Below, in pieces: positions 40,565 through 50,557 of a stretch of 64,000 bases of DNA. The stretch covers positions 1 to 64,000 of the forward strand of contig JBHLOI010000012.1 of NCBI GenBank assembly GCA_048940645.1, in the 5' to 3' direction. A model generated the notes under the pieces. That model was not told the DNA's origin and searched no databases. It saw only the letters and a list, made by a program, of their open reading frames with translations. The stretch's first letter is position 1, and every line of letters starts with the position of its first letter. Origin of the DNA: Promethearchaeota archaeon (GTDB taxonomy: Archaea; Asgardarchaeota; Lokiarchaeia; Sigyniarchaeales; SOKP01). Made by a program: the position numbers and the translations under genes.

Positions 40565-40715
40565 CTAGTCAATATTTATGTTTTAAATTTAAAAAAACAT
40601 TTATATTAATGATTTATTAATTTGTAGAGTTGTTCTTAAATTTTTTTATCTATAGAATTAAAGGAATTCAAATCTAAAAAGTTTTGTTTAAAATAATCTA
40701 ACTAAAAAATTGAAA

Positions 40716-40790
40716 CGGACCCGGCAGGATTCGAACCTGCGACTTTCGGATTAGAAGTCCGACGCCCTATCCAGGCTAGGCTACGAGTCC
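40716..40790 (-). tRNA. tRNA-Arg (TCT), no intron, CCA not encoded
   Basis: GGACTCGTAGCCTAGCCTGGATAGGGCG-TCGGA-CTTCTAA-TCCGA-AAGTCGCAGGTTCGAATCCTGCCGGGTCCG cloverleaf. Confidence 0.96.
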
Positions 40791-40936
40791 TCTTATTTAT
40801 TATGAACGTATTTTATCTGCAAAAACTGATATTTTAAAAATCTATTAGGTTTTAAAGAATTAAAATTTTACTTTTAACAGCTACGCTTTATATTTTTTTA
40901 TAATTGATTATTTAAGAGAATTTATTACTTAATTTA

Positions 40937-42079
40937 TCATTTCTCTATTGGTTTTATTAACGCATCTATAACAACAAGTTCAATTTTTGGAGAATATGCT
41001 TTAACTACTTTAGAATTAATAACTTGATAAATATACCAATAATATTTCTTCAGAGAGAAGGATAAATTATCTATAGCTTTTTCTATTGGTTTCTTTTTTT
41101 CTGAAAATTGATAAAGATGTAATATACCACCTGATAATTTCATCAAGAAACATGCTATATCAATATATTCAATAGATTTTTCTGGTAAATTCATTATAAT
41201 TCTATTTGCTTTATTTTTCAATTTATTTCCTAAATTATTTGTAGGTTTCAAAAGTTCCTTAATATCAATATTGAATGGTAAAATTACTCCTTTTAACTTG
41301 TTTAATTCTATATTTTCTTTAAGATATTTATAAGCATAGGGATTTATATCAAATGCATAGATTACTACATCATTATTCTTTGCTAATTGGATTGAAAATG
41401 GACCGACTCCAGCAAACATATCAATAATTAACTCATTTTCTTTTAAATTATACATAGATAATCTTCTACGCTCAAAAACTAGTCTTGGTGTAAAATAGGT
41501 TTTTTTTATGTTAAGCTTAAATAAACAATGATTCTCTTTATGAATTGTCTCAGATTTATCCTTACCACTTAAAAGTTTCAATTCTCTTAATCTAAATTTA
41601 CCTTTTATTTCACTTTTTTTTTCATATACTGACTTTATTGCTTTAGTTGCTATGATTAATGCTTTTGCAAATTCTTTCTTGTATTTTATAGATCTCTTAT
41701 AACTTAAAGCATTAAAACGATCAAATTCAACAATTGCAATATGGCCGATGATGTCATATGATTTGGGGAGTAGATCAAATACATTTTGCGGTAATTTATC
41801 CTTTAAAATAATTTCAAGTGATTGTTTTATTTTCTTTGATGAACTATAATTAGTTGTGGAAATAATTTCAAATCTGAAATTACTCTCACAGCTATCAGTC
41901 AACATTTCTAGAACGTCATTATTTTCTATTAACGGAAAAAGTACAGAATCACTTTCTGATAAAATTTGTTTTCCCCTATCAATAATTTCAAAATTATGTT
42001 TTTTCTTAACAAAGTTAAGAAACTTTTGAGCATCTGGCTTTTTCACTTTTATATATCTTGTTTTTTCTTTAGATTTCAT
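40937..42079 (-). CDS. trm5: tRNA (guanine37-N1)-methyltransferase Trm5/Taw22 family
   Basis: LPKSYDIIGHIA, TIHKEN, YFTPRL..ERRR, DMFAGVGPF, DINP, RIIMNLP. Confidence 0.9.
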   Translation of the reverse strand: MKSKEKTRYIKVKKPDAQKFLNFVKKKHNFEIIDRGKQILSESDSVLFPLIENNDVLEMLTDSCESNFRFEIISTTNYSSSKKIKQSLEIILKDKLPQNVFDLLPKSYDIIGHIAIVEFDRFNALSYKRSIKYKKEFAKALIIATKAIKSVYEKKSEIKGKFRLRELKLLSGKDKSETIHKENHCLFKLNIKKTYFTPRLVFERRRLSMYNLKENELIIDMFAGVGPFSIQLAKNNDVVIYAFDINPYAYKYLKENIELNKLKGVILPFNIDIKELLKPTNNLGNKLKNKANRIIMNLPEKSIEYIDIACFLMKLSGGILHLYQFSEKKKPIEKAIDNLSFSLKKYYWYIYQVINSKVVKAYSPKIELVVIDALIKPIEK

Positions 42080-42512
42080 TATCTTTAGAGAACCTCATAA
42101 CATCAAAAAGTATTGAAAATCTTTTTCCAGGGGTTTTAATCTTCTTAATAATATTACGATCCAATTCCTTAGAAGATTTTGAACATTTTATTAAGACTGT
42201 TCTATCACATATATAAGCACTTTTACGAAAAACCAAATCTTTTTGGTTTGATAAGCATAAATCCTTACATCCAAATCCATAAAAAGATTCTGAAATATTA
42301 TCTACTTTTATAATAACCTTAATTTTTGCTTCATTGCGTATTCTTCGTTTCAAATCATAATTTAAATCAGAACATGCTTTAGATGCCTTAATTCCAAGGA
42401 TACAAGTCCCTTTTCTTGTAAGAAAACTATCCTTTGTTATTTCTATTGTTGTATTATGAGTACAGCTAATATTATTATGACCGTAAGCATATATTCTTTC
42501 TATAAATGGCAT
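42069..42512 (-). CDS. DUF371 (MTH639-like) protein
   Basis: AYGHNNISCTHNTTIEITKD..LT.KG.CILG, VFRKS.YICDRT. Confidence 0.88.
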   Translation of the reverse strand: MPFIERIYAYGHNNISCTHNTTIEITKDSFLTRKGTCILGIKASKACSDLNYDLKRRIRNEAKIKVIIKVDNISESFYGFGCKDLCLSNQKDLVFRKSAYICDRTVLIKCSKSSKELDRNIIKKIKTPGKRFSILFDVMRFSKDNEI

Positions 42513-42514
42513 AG

Positions 42515-44164
42515 TTAACTATTATTAGAAAGGAAATTAATTATTACATCAATATTAGGAGAGATTATTAAGTTTGATTTAAATATGGGTTTCAATATGC
42601 TTTTTAATCCATTTATGGGATTATATACTGGAAATCTGCATATCTCATTAAATTGGTTAATATAAGATTCGGGGATAAGAATCGCACATTTTATATAATT
42701 ATTAGAATACTTTTTAAAGTACTTCAAACAAAATTTTAATGAATTTTGATAAATCATATCATTTACTTTTGATGAATTAATTGATTCATATTGGCCCATT
42801 GGAAATGTATCTATTAATTCATATGGAATTATCCCGTAAATTTCGGTACAAAATACGATATGTATACTTTCTCTTTGAATCTTTCCATTGTTGTATATTT
42901 CCTTTAACCATTGTTTTATACTGGGCGAATTAGTTCCTTTAACATCCAGCTCTGGTAATATTATGAGATATTTGACTTCGTTCGGTACTCTATAATTATT
43001 CGCTATTCTCTTTATATATCTATAAATATTTGGCCTATACAGACTTTCAAAAGAATTATACAATCTCCCATGTTTTTTATATAATTTTTCATAAATTTCG
43101 AAAAATGATCTATTCTTCTTTACATATCTAGCAGCTTTTACTAAATTTGGATGATTTCTTATTCTCTGTTCGACAAGCTCCCATAGATTTCCTTCTCGAA
43201 TTGATTGTCGAATTGTACTTAACTCTGAAAAGGAAGTATATAAATTATGCATTGCTATTAACTTTATTCTTATATTATTTTCGAAATTTTTTAATTCCTT
43301 TGGGGTATGATTAATACAAACAGGACAATGACAAGGAAATTCTTCTAATGCTTCAAGATTGTTCGTACCTGTTGATAATGAAAAGTAACGATTCTCCTTA
43401 GCATATAGAATATAGGCTGCAGAATCCATGAGATCACATCCACATGCCACAGCAAGTGAAAAAAATTGAGGTAATCCTAACCCAAACATGTGTAATGGCT
43501 TATTTGAAGGAATAAATTTCTTTACTGTTAACAGGATCTTAAGAGTTAACTCAAATCTATAATCTAAGAATGCTTTTACTAGTCCTCCAATTGCGTATAT
43601 ATTGAATTCTAATTTACTCATCGTTAATGTGCACTTCTTCAACAAATCAAGATAATTTCCACCATGTATAGTACCGACCCAAGAGCAATTCGAGTTCTCT
43701 CTTCTTTTAATATTATCTTTTGCTCTTTTTATTGTTAAATTTACTTTATATTCGGCAGTTTTATAATCATCAGTTAATTCTACTGGAACATCAAGTATTA
43801 CCGGAAAATCAGAATTAATTTGTTCCTGGAAATGCTCAATTTCTTCAGCATTAATGTCAATATCACTATTATTATACATGTACTGCTGGAAAGCTCCACT
43901 GTCTGTCGCTATAACCCCATTAAAATTAAAAAATTTATGAACTCCTTTAGTTATAATCTCATTTCTTACTTGATTATTTTGATAGATAATATAAGCGTTA
44001 GTAAAAAACCCTTTTACGCCAATATCTGCTAATTCTTTGGGGGATATTAAATTTTTAAAAGGGTGAATGACTGGTAAGAGGTTTGGAGTGATTAATTCTT
44101 TACTATTTAAATTTATCCGGCCAATTCTGGCAAGTGCATCTATATCAATGACTTCAAATTCCAC
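42515..44164 (-). CDS. tgtA: Archaeosine tRNA-guanine(15) transglycosylase
   Basis: ARIGR, TPNLLPVI, TDSGAFQ, PLHMFG, GCDLMDSAAY, zinc site CHCPVC, HNLY. Confidence 0.94.
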   Translation of the reverse strand: MEFEVIDIDALARIGRINLNSKELITPNLLPVIHPFKNLISPKELADIGVKGFFTNAYIIYQNNQVRNEIITKGVHKFFNFNGVIATDSGAFQQYMYNNSDIDINAEEIEHFQEQINSDFPVILDVPVELTDDYKTAEYKVNLTIKRAKDNIKRRENSNCSWVGTIHGGNYLDLLKKCTLTMSKLEFNIYAIGGLVKAFLDYRFELTLKILLTVKKFIPSNKPLHMFGLGLPQFFSLAVACGCDLMDSAAYILYAKENRYFSLSTGTNNLEALEEFPCHCPVCINHTPKELKNFENNIRIKLIAMHNLYTSFSELSTIRQSIREGNLWELVEQRIRNHPNLVKAARYVKKNRSFFEIYEKLYKKHGRLYNSFESLYRPNIYRYIKRIANNYRVPNEVKYLIILPELDVKGTNSPSIKQWLKEIYNNGKIQRESIHIVFCTEIYGIIPYELIDTFPMGQYESINSSKVNDMIYQNSLKFCLKYFKKYSNNYIKCAILIPESYINQFNEICRFPVYNPINGLKSILKPIFKSNLIISPNIDVIINFLSNNS

Positions 44165-44192
44165 CTAATATCACATTTAAATCACATTTAAA

Positions 44193-44786
44193 TCAATCAA
44201 AAAATTCATTCAAACGATTTTGTTGGAATAAATTTTCCAACCAATCAATTCCTCCTATATAATATTGATCAATATCTTTTTCTTCAGTTAATATCTCAAT
44301 CATAATTCTTACAAGAGATTTTGTAGTTAAATTTGTAGTATCTATTTCTAATAAGGGGACGCTTATATTTTTATTAATAAAGTAATTTACACAATTTCCA
44401 AGAATCTCAGATTGAACATTCTCAATAATTTTTCTTTCATTATAGCCTTTTTTTTTTAATCTTCTTAATAATTCATCTGGGTGGCATCTTAAGACTATAA
44501 CAAAATCAATATAATTATTTGGAATGATATCTGAAAAATGACCTTCAATTAATACAAAATCAATTTTTTCAGAAGCATAACTTTCAATTAGTTTAAGTAC
44601 ATAAGCTACAAGTTTATCTTCGCTAATAATGAAAGTTTTCCTATTAGAATCAAATTTTACAAAAAGCTCTTTTTGAATAACTAAATCGGTTAAAGAGATT
44701 AACTGTGCTTTAATTTTTCCCGATAATTCTTTAGATACTGTCGTTTTTCCCGTTCCAGGAGTTCCTGAAATTATTACGATTTTCAT
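44193..44786 (-). CDS. Adenylate kinase 6 / Fap7-like P-loop kinase
   Basis: ISGTPGTGKTT, IEGH, VLRCHP, ENVQSE. Confidence 0.9.
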   Translation of the reverse strand: MKIVIISGTPGTGKTTVSKELSGKIKAQLISLTDLVIQKELFVKFDSNRKTFIISEDKLVAYVLKLIESYASEKIDFVLIEGHFSDIIPNNYIDFVIVLRCHPDELLRRLKKKGYNERKIIENVQSEILGNCVNYFINKNISVPLLEIDTTNLTTKSLVRIMIEILTEEKDIDQYYIGGIDWLENLFQQNRLNEFFD

Positions 44787-44895
44787 TTTTCAATTTATAA
44801 TAAAATTTGAAAAAATCACAAATTTTTTTTAATTATATATTTTTCTCAATAATATCTGAACAGCAAGAGTCTCGAAAAAATCTAAAAACATAAAA

Positions 44896-44969
44896 TGGGA
44901 AAGGGGGGCTTCGAACCCCCGACCTCACGGTTATCAGCCGTGCGCTATACCAGGCTAAGCCACTCTCCC
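44896..44969 (-). tRNA. tRNA-Ile (GAT), no intron, CCA not encoded
   Basis: GGGAGAGTGGCTTAGCCTGGTATAGCG-CACGG-CTGATAA-CCGTG-AGGTCGGGGGTTCGAAGCCCCCCTTTCCCA. Confidence 0.96.
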
Positions 44970-45132
44970 ATAATTTCGAAATTTAAGTTTATAGTTATTT
45001 ATTTAATTTAAAGTTAGTTATTTTAGTTATTATCTCTAATATTATATTTTTAAAAAATTTTGTCTCCATACTGCTTAAATTTTAATAGATAAGAATCCAT
45101 TTTTTTAATTATAAATTGAAAAAGTAAATGAA

Positions 45133-45561
45133 ATGACTAAGATTTTAAATTATTCAATTACGGGGCTAGAAGATTATACAATTAGTTTTGATTCTTATTG
45201 TTCTCCTTGTGATATACAACAGTACTGTCAACATGGAAAACAGAAACCTTTTACTATTGCTATTAAATGTAGTGATTTAAATAAAGCAAAAGAAAAAGTA
45301 AAGTTTGATCAACTTCAGAGATTACAAAAAAAAGAGGATGTATCAGTTAGCTATGAAGAATTGATAAAAAAAGTGAAAATTAATCTACAAAATATCTTTA
45401 GTCAGATATGGAAAGATAAAATTAAAACTCAAAAAGAAATACTTCGATGTTTGGATTCCCGAAAAAGAGATTCAATACTAGTAGCTCAGCAGGGTCAAGA
45501 TTGGTGGCAGGACTTTAATATTACTATGAAAGAGATAAATCAAGAATGCGAAAAAATATAA
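45133..45561 (+). CDS. Hypothetical Cys-containing protein
   Basis: CSPCDIQQYC...IKC possible metal site; no family recognised. Confidence 0.65.
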   Translation: MTKILNYSITGLEDYTISFDSYCSPCDIQQYCQHGKQKPFTIAIKCSDLNKAKEKVKFDQLQRLQKKEDVSVSYEELIKKVKINLQNIFSQIWKDKIKTQKEILRCLDSRKRDSILVAQQGQDWWQDFNITMKEINQECEKI

Positions 45562-45639
45562 AAGTTTGATTTGAAAGAAACTGATGGAACTTTTATTAAA
45601 ATGCTCTATATTTTTAAACATTTAATTAGAAAAAAATAG

Positions 45640-46179
45640 ATGATTTTTAATCAATTTTTTTTAGAGATATTGTCAAATTTTTATAATCTATTTTTACCAG
45701 TTATATTTGTTAGTTTAAAGTATTCTTTAGGGATTATTTTAATATCCATTGGTGTGCTTTTTATTTTATATTTAAGAGGATTTAATTTTAAAAGAAAAGT
45801 TATGGGATTAGATCAGAAGAATAATTATTTGAGAAAGACTAGATTGATTTTAGGTTCAATGTATATAATATTGGGGTTTGGTATTATTTTTGATTATTTA
45901 ACTTATCTCTTAATTTGGATTTTTCACCCTTTTAAAAGTTTGATCCTCACTATTATGGAGAATTTAATAGAAAATTTTTATTTTATAAGTGAACTAATTC
46001 ATCCTTTTATAGCTTTGGGATCCTTTTTAGCAATTTTACAATATTTTTTAAGTTTATTTTATTTTGTAAATAATAGAACTGTCATTAATAGACCCCAAAA
46101 GTCGGCTTATGTGTTAATTTGTTCGGTTTTAGAAATAGTACTTTTTGGTTTTGAGTGTCTGCCCTATTTTTTACTATAA
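45640..46179 (+). CDS. Membrane protein (~4 TM)
   Basis: Hydrophobic segments throughout. Confidence 0.65.
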   Translation: MIFNQFFLEILSNFYNLFLPVIFVSLKYSLGIILISIGVLFILYLRGFNFKRKVMGLDQKNNYLRKTRLILGSMYIILGFGIIFDYLTYLLIWIFHPFKSLILTIMENLIENFYFISELIHPFIALGSFLAILQYFLSLFYFVNNRTVINRPQKSAYVLICSVLEIVLFGFECLPYFLL

Positions 46180-46393
46180 ATTTATCAAATTCTGAAAGAA
46201 TATTCTTACAATCGAAATGTTTATATACTTAAATTATATTAAATTAACTTGCATTCGCTATAAATAACATATGTTTCAGTCACAAAGCATTTGTAATATT
46301 TTATAGTTCTATTCACGTATCTCACAGGGATTTTTAGTTGTTTCAAAAATCAAGTTTAATTAATTTAATTAAAATTATATAATGGTTTGAATA

Positions 46394-47281
46394 ATGGAAG
46401 TAAAAATAGAATCTTCAAATTTATCAAGTTTATGTCCTGAATGTGGGGGAAAAGCAATTCCAATTCAAGAAAAAGGGGAAATTGTTTGCAGTCAATGTGG
46501 TTTAGTTATAAGTGAACGAATTTTAGATATTTCTCATACTGATAAAAGAGCCTTTACTAAACAAGAAAAAGATAAGAGAGAAAGGACAGGATCTCCAATT
46601 TCAATTTTATTACCTGATATGGGTTTAAGCACAATTATCGATAAATCAAATATTAAGAGTCCTGATTTAAAAAGGGCGGCAAAATGGAACTCAAGAATGA
46701 CATGGGATAAAAGAAATATGTTAATTGCTACCACGGAATTAAAAAGGATAGCCAGCAATCTAAATTTACCTAATCATGTTAAAAAAGCTGCAATACGATT
46801 ATATATTGAAGCTTTCAAGAAAAAACTATTACGGGGTAGATCAATAAATGGTATGGTTGCTGCATGCTTATATTTTGCATGTAGAGAGAGAAAAATTCCA
46901 AGAACATTGCAAGAAATTTTGGATGAGTCTGCTATTAATGCTAAAAACGTAAGAAGATGCTATAGGACTCTTATTAGGGAACTAAACTTAAAAGCTCCCT
47001 CTACAGATCCAATTTCATTAGTACCTAGATTTGTGGCAGAATTAGGGTTAGATGCTGAAGCAGAAAATTCGTCTATAAAGGTCTTAAATAGATTTATTTC
47101 TAAATTTTCTACAAGTGGAAAAGATCCTAAGGGTTTATGTGCAGGAGCATTATATTTAGTTTGTAAAAAGAAACAAAGAAGAATTTCCCAAAAGGAAATT
47201 GCGAATATAGTCGGAGTAACAGAGGTAACTCTCCGTTCTAGATACAAAGAATTGATAACTAAGCTTAAAATTGAATTATAA
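46394..47281 (+). CDS. tfb: Transcription initiation factor IIB
   Basis: Zn ribbon CPECG..VCSQCGLV, RERTG, LLRGRS, PRTLQEI, GKDP.GL, VTEVTLR.RYKE. Confidence 0.97.
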   Translation: MEVKIESSNLSSLCPECGGKAIPIQEKGEIVCSQCGLVISERILDISHTDKRAFTKQEKDKRERTGSPISILLPDMGLSTIIDKSNIKSPDLKRAAKWNSRMTWDKRNMLIATTELKRIASNLNLPNHVKKAAIRLYIEAFKKKLLRGRSINGMVAACLYFACRERKIPRTLQEILDESAINAKNVRRCYRTLIRELNLKAPSTDPISLVPRFVAELGLDAEAENSSIKVLNRFISKFSTSGKDPKGLCAGALYLVCKKKQRRISQKEIANIVGVTEVTLRSRYKELITKLKIEL

Positions 47282-47294
47282 TCTTTTTTTATTT

Positions 47295-47891
47295 TTATAA
47301 AATTTCTTTTTTTAATAATATTTTTACAAAATCTGGAAAACTTAATAAATAACTCTGAGCGTTTGGAAGTTGATTTTTTATTTTTATGAATAATTGAGAA
47401 TAATGTTCCGCACGTTCTTTCTGTTTTAAAACATCATTACGGGTTTGTTGCCTAATTGGTTCAACAGGTATCCCTTTTAAGACTGATCTGGATGGTATTG
47501 TTAACCCAGGAGGGACTTGGCTTTTGTTTAAAATGATTGAACCTTCACCCACAGAACTTTCCTCATAAATTAAAGTACCTTCCATAATTTGGACATAATC
47601 TTCCATAAAGCATCCCAAAATTGTGACGCCTGATTCAATAATACAATAACGTCCGATATGAATGGCACTTTTTTGTGAGCGTGTAAAAAGCATAACCCCG
47701 TCGAAAATTGTAGTGTATTCTCCTATGTTAATTTGGGAATTTTCAGCTCTTATAATAGAACCTGGCCAAACAATTACATTATCATTTACTCTTACATCCC
47801 CTATTAAGGTTGATAGAGGGGAAACATATGCATTTTTGCTAATATTTGGTTCTTTGCCATTATATTCGAGAATTACCATAATTTTATTCAT
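47295..47891 (-). CDS. Gamma-carbonic-anhydrase-like left-handed beta-helix protein lacking the His metal ligands
   Basis: P.I...AYVSP.STLIGDV, WPGSIIRAE, hexapeptide repeats, G.P; canonical H...GH...LHG positions read F...ES...ILG. Confidence 0.85.
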   Translation of the reverse strand: MNKIMVILEYNGKEPNISKNAYVSPLSTLIGDVRVNDNVIVWPGSIIRAENSQINIGEYTTIFDGVMLFTRSQKSAIHIGRYCIIESGVTILGCFMEDYVQIMEGTLIYEESSVGEGSIILNKSQVPPGLTIPSRSVLKGIPVEPIRQQTRNDVLKQKERAEHYSQLFIKIKNQLPNAQSYLLSFPDFVKILLKKEIL

Positions 47892-48012
47892 TAAATCCTT
47901 TATTTTAATTCTTTTAATCGATATAAAAATTATAAGCTATTTTTATTAATTTTTATATATTTTTAATGAATCTTTAGTTTTAGTAAATTTAAATTTTTAT
48001 TAAATTATAACT

Positions 48013-48828
48013 CTACTTATATACTTTTAAAGGATTTTTAGCATTACAAAAAAAAAATTCTTCATAAGGATAATGTAAACTTAGAAAATTATATAATTTC
48101 CGCAATGCGAGTATTTTACTATTAAAAAGAGATATCCCAATTAGACATATTCCAATTTCTTTTGCATAGTTTGCGATACTGTGAAAAATCTTTCCTGAAA
48201 TAATGCAATCACAACCTTGTTTTATTAATTTGTGTATATATTCAATTTTTAAAGACTCTCCTCCAATAATACAGATTTTTTCAATAGTTCTATTTAAGTC
48301 ACCCACATAGGAAATTTTGTTCATATCTAGGTTTGATTTTATTCTAATAATCAACTCTTCTAAGTTCAATGAGTCTTTATCATGTGGATATTTATTAGGA
48401 AAACATATTCTTCCAATAGGGATAGAATTCTTATTTTTATTTCTTATCATGAAAGGTTTATCTAATTTCAAGTATAAAGCTTCCATAATCGTATCTGAAA
48501 TGCCTCCATTAGCTGCAATGAAAGTTTCATTTAATACAAAAATGTGGATTGGAAATTTTGAAAGTAAAGTTAATTTATTTATTAATTCAGTAGTAAATTT
48601 TTTTATCGGTTGATTAATTAAGCCGTGGATAGAAATAATAAGATTAATCTTATTTTTTATAGCAAAATGTATTGATTCTAAATTTAAATCAACAGTAATC
48701 ATAATTTTTTTAATAATTTTCTCATTTGATATTTTACCATAATGTATACCATATATTTCGGAGTTAAAATTATAGATTTTCGGTGATAATTCATTTTCCA
48801 ATAGATTCTTAATTTCATTTAAAAACAT
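48013..48828 (-). CDS. Nif3/YbgI-like protein, metal ligands apparently degenerate
   Basis: YGIHYG, KKIMITVD, LIISIHG, IGRIC, KICIIGG, IISGKI.H. Confidence 0.75.
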   Translation of the reverse strand: MFLNEIKNLLENELSPKIYNFNSEIYGIHYGKISNEKIIKKIMITVDLNLESIHFAIKNKINLIISIHGLINQPIKKFTTELINKLTLLSKFPIHIFVLNETFIAANGGISDTIMEALYLKLDKPFMIRNKNKNSIPIGRICFPNKYPHDKDSLNLEELIIRIKSNLDMNKISYVGDLNRTIEKICIIGGESLKIEYIHKLIKQGCDCIISGKIFHSIANYAKEIGICLIGISLFNSKILALRKLYNFLSLHYPYEEFFFCNAKNPLKVYK

Positions 48829-48972
48829 TGCTTGACGAGGTCTTTGTTAATTATTAGAGAGGTGTAATTTCTATTAAAAAAAAATAAAGTGTGTGAAAAT
48901 TTTTTATGTTTCAAAAAATTCATTTAGAATTATATATAATTAAAAGGTGTTAGATTATCGATGTGAAATTAT

Positions 48973-49386
48973 ATGAAGGATGATAATTGTATTTTTTGTC
49001 AGATAATAGAAAAAAAAATAGATTCAAAAATAATTTTTGAAAATGAAAAAGTCATGGCTTTTTTGGATATTTTTCCAGTCTCAAGAGGACATATGATTAT
49101 AGTACCTAAAAATCATTATCTGAATTTAGAGGTCATCCCAGATGATGATCTTGCTGAAGTTTTTAAGATTGTTAAGAAAATGGCAAAATTAGTCCATGCA
49201 AAATTGAATCTTGATGGATATAATATATTACAAAATAATTATACTGCAGCTGGTCAAGTTATTAATCATTTTCATGTTCATATAATTCCTAGAAGTAATA
49301 ATGATAATAGATTCAAATTAAAAATTCCCAGAATTCAAGCAAATGATAAAGAACTCAATCACACATTAGATTTATTAAAAGAATGA
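48973..49386 (+). CDS. hit: HIT family (histidine triad) nucleotide hydrolase
   Basis: CIFCQI, AFLDIFP, GH.IIVPK.H, AGQVINHFHVHIIPR. Confidence 0.95.
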   Translation: MKDDNCIFCQIIEKKIDSKIIFENEKVMAFLDIFPVSRGHMIIVPKNHYLNLEVIPDDDLAEVFKIVKKMAKLVHAKLNLDGYNILQNNYTAAGQVINHFHVHIIPRSNNDNRFKLKIPRIQANDKELNHTLDLLKE

Positions 49387-49459
49387 TTTTTAAAAAACTG
49401 TTCTGTTTAAAAATCTAGATCACTACTAAGGATCAAAATTCCCAATTGTGTAATAATAT

Positions 49460-49672
49460 TTGACTATTAAAAGCGTATGTAAAAAAATAAAGAAAAATGC
49501 AAAAAACTTTATTTTGGACGAAAGCGGGGGAAATCTTGTTGAATATGCATTACTAATAGGCTTTGCATTGTTCATATTTTTTATTTTAGTTGGCGTTATA
49601 ACTTCGTTGTTAGATTGGACTCTAGGTTTATCAGATGATTTCTTTCAATTAATTGGTGGAATAGTTTTTTAA
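49460..49672 (+). CDS. Flp/Fap-like (type IVb) pilin
   Basis: Basic leader, then NFILDESG/GNLVEYALLI Flp motif (E+5, Y+6) and a hydrophobic helix; 70 aa. Confidence 0.75.
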   Translation: MTIKSVCKKIKKNAKNFILDESGGNLVEYALLIGFALFIFFILVGVITSLLDWTLGLSDDFFQLIGGIVF

Positions 49673-49700
49673 GGATTTCAAATAGACTAAAATCTGGCTT

Positions 49701-50075
49701 TTAATCTGAATTACTTAGAACTGAATTCTCAATAATCTGAATTTTATACTTTTCTCTCCAAACATGGATAGTATTAAAGACATATTTCTTGCTTACTCCT
49801 AAAAACTCTATAAAATCTTCTACTGGTATTTTATTTGCGCCTTTAAATAAATTCCTGATTCTTTTTTCAATAGTTTTTTCATCAGGAGGATATAGCTCTC
49901 TTTTTTTAATAATTAATCTACTTAGAACATCATCAAATCTTCCATAGTCAAAAAAATGTTCAACTATCCTACTTATCACTGCCGCCGGGGTATTACCAAA
50001 TACGCCAACTAACTCTTTTACTCGATCCATGCTTATTTTACTAAGTGTAACTGTTGTTCTTGAAGTCTCAGTCAT
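49701..50075 (-). CDS. Ribbon-helix-helix (CopG-like) DNA-binding protein
   Basis: RTTVTLSKISMDRVKELVGVFGNTPAAVISRIVEHFF is an RHH pattern; possible C-terminal HTH. Confidence 0.7.
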   Translation of the reverse strand: MTETSRTTVTLSKISMDRVKELVGVFGNTPAAVISRIVEHFFDYGRFDDVLSRLIIKKRELYPPDEKTIEKRIRNLFKGANKIPVEDFIEFLGVSKKYVFNTIHVWREKYKIQIIENSVLSNSD

Positions 50076-50302
50076 AACTATTTCTAAAATAAACTTTTAG
50101 TAGCAATTATACCATTATTTTTGTCGTTAATAAATTTATGCTTTTTGATGTTAATATGTCATAGATATGCATCTTTATATATGATTTGTGTTTATATTAT
50201 ATTATTGAGTTATCTTTCGATATTGAGTTAAAAATGTCGAAAAATTGTCGAAATATTAGCCCTGAATAAGTCAAATTATAAATTTTAGTGGAGGAATAAA
50301 GT

Positions 50303-50557
50303 ATGGTTGATAGATTAGTAGAATATGAAAGATTTGAGTCTAAAAATTATTTAACTCCTATACAACATAGTTTAATTAAAACTCTTCGCAGATTTGGCCC
50401 ATCAACTAGAAAAGATTTGGTGAATGAATTGGATACACCTAGAACTACAATATATGATAATTTATTAAAATTACAAAAGAGAAAGCTTATAGAAAAATAC
50501 TCTAGAAATAATGGAAAACGAGGCAGACCTTTAATTTTCTGGAAATTAAAAGATTAG
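50303..50557 (+). CDS. Winged helix-turn-helix protein (TrmB/MarR-like)
   Basis: GPSTRKDLVNELDTPRTTIYDNLLKLQKRKLIEK...GRP. Confidence 0.88.
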   Translation: MVDRLVEYERFESKNYLTPIQHSLIKTLRRFGPSTRKDLVNELDTPRTTIYDNLLKLQKRKLIEKYSRNNGKRGRPLIFWKLKD

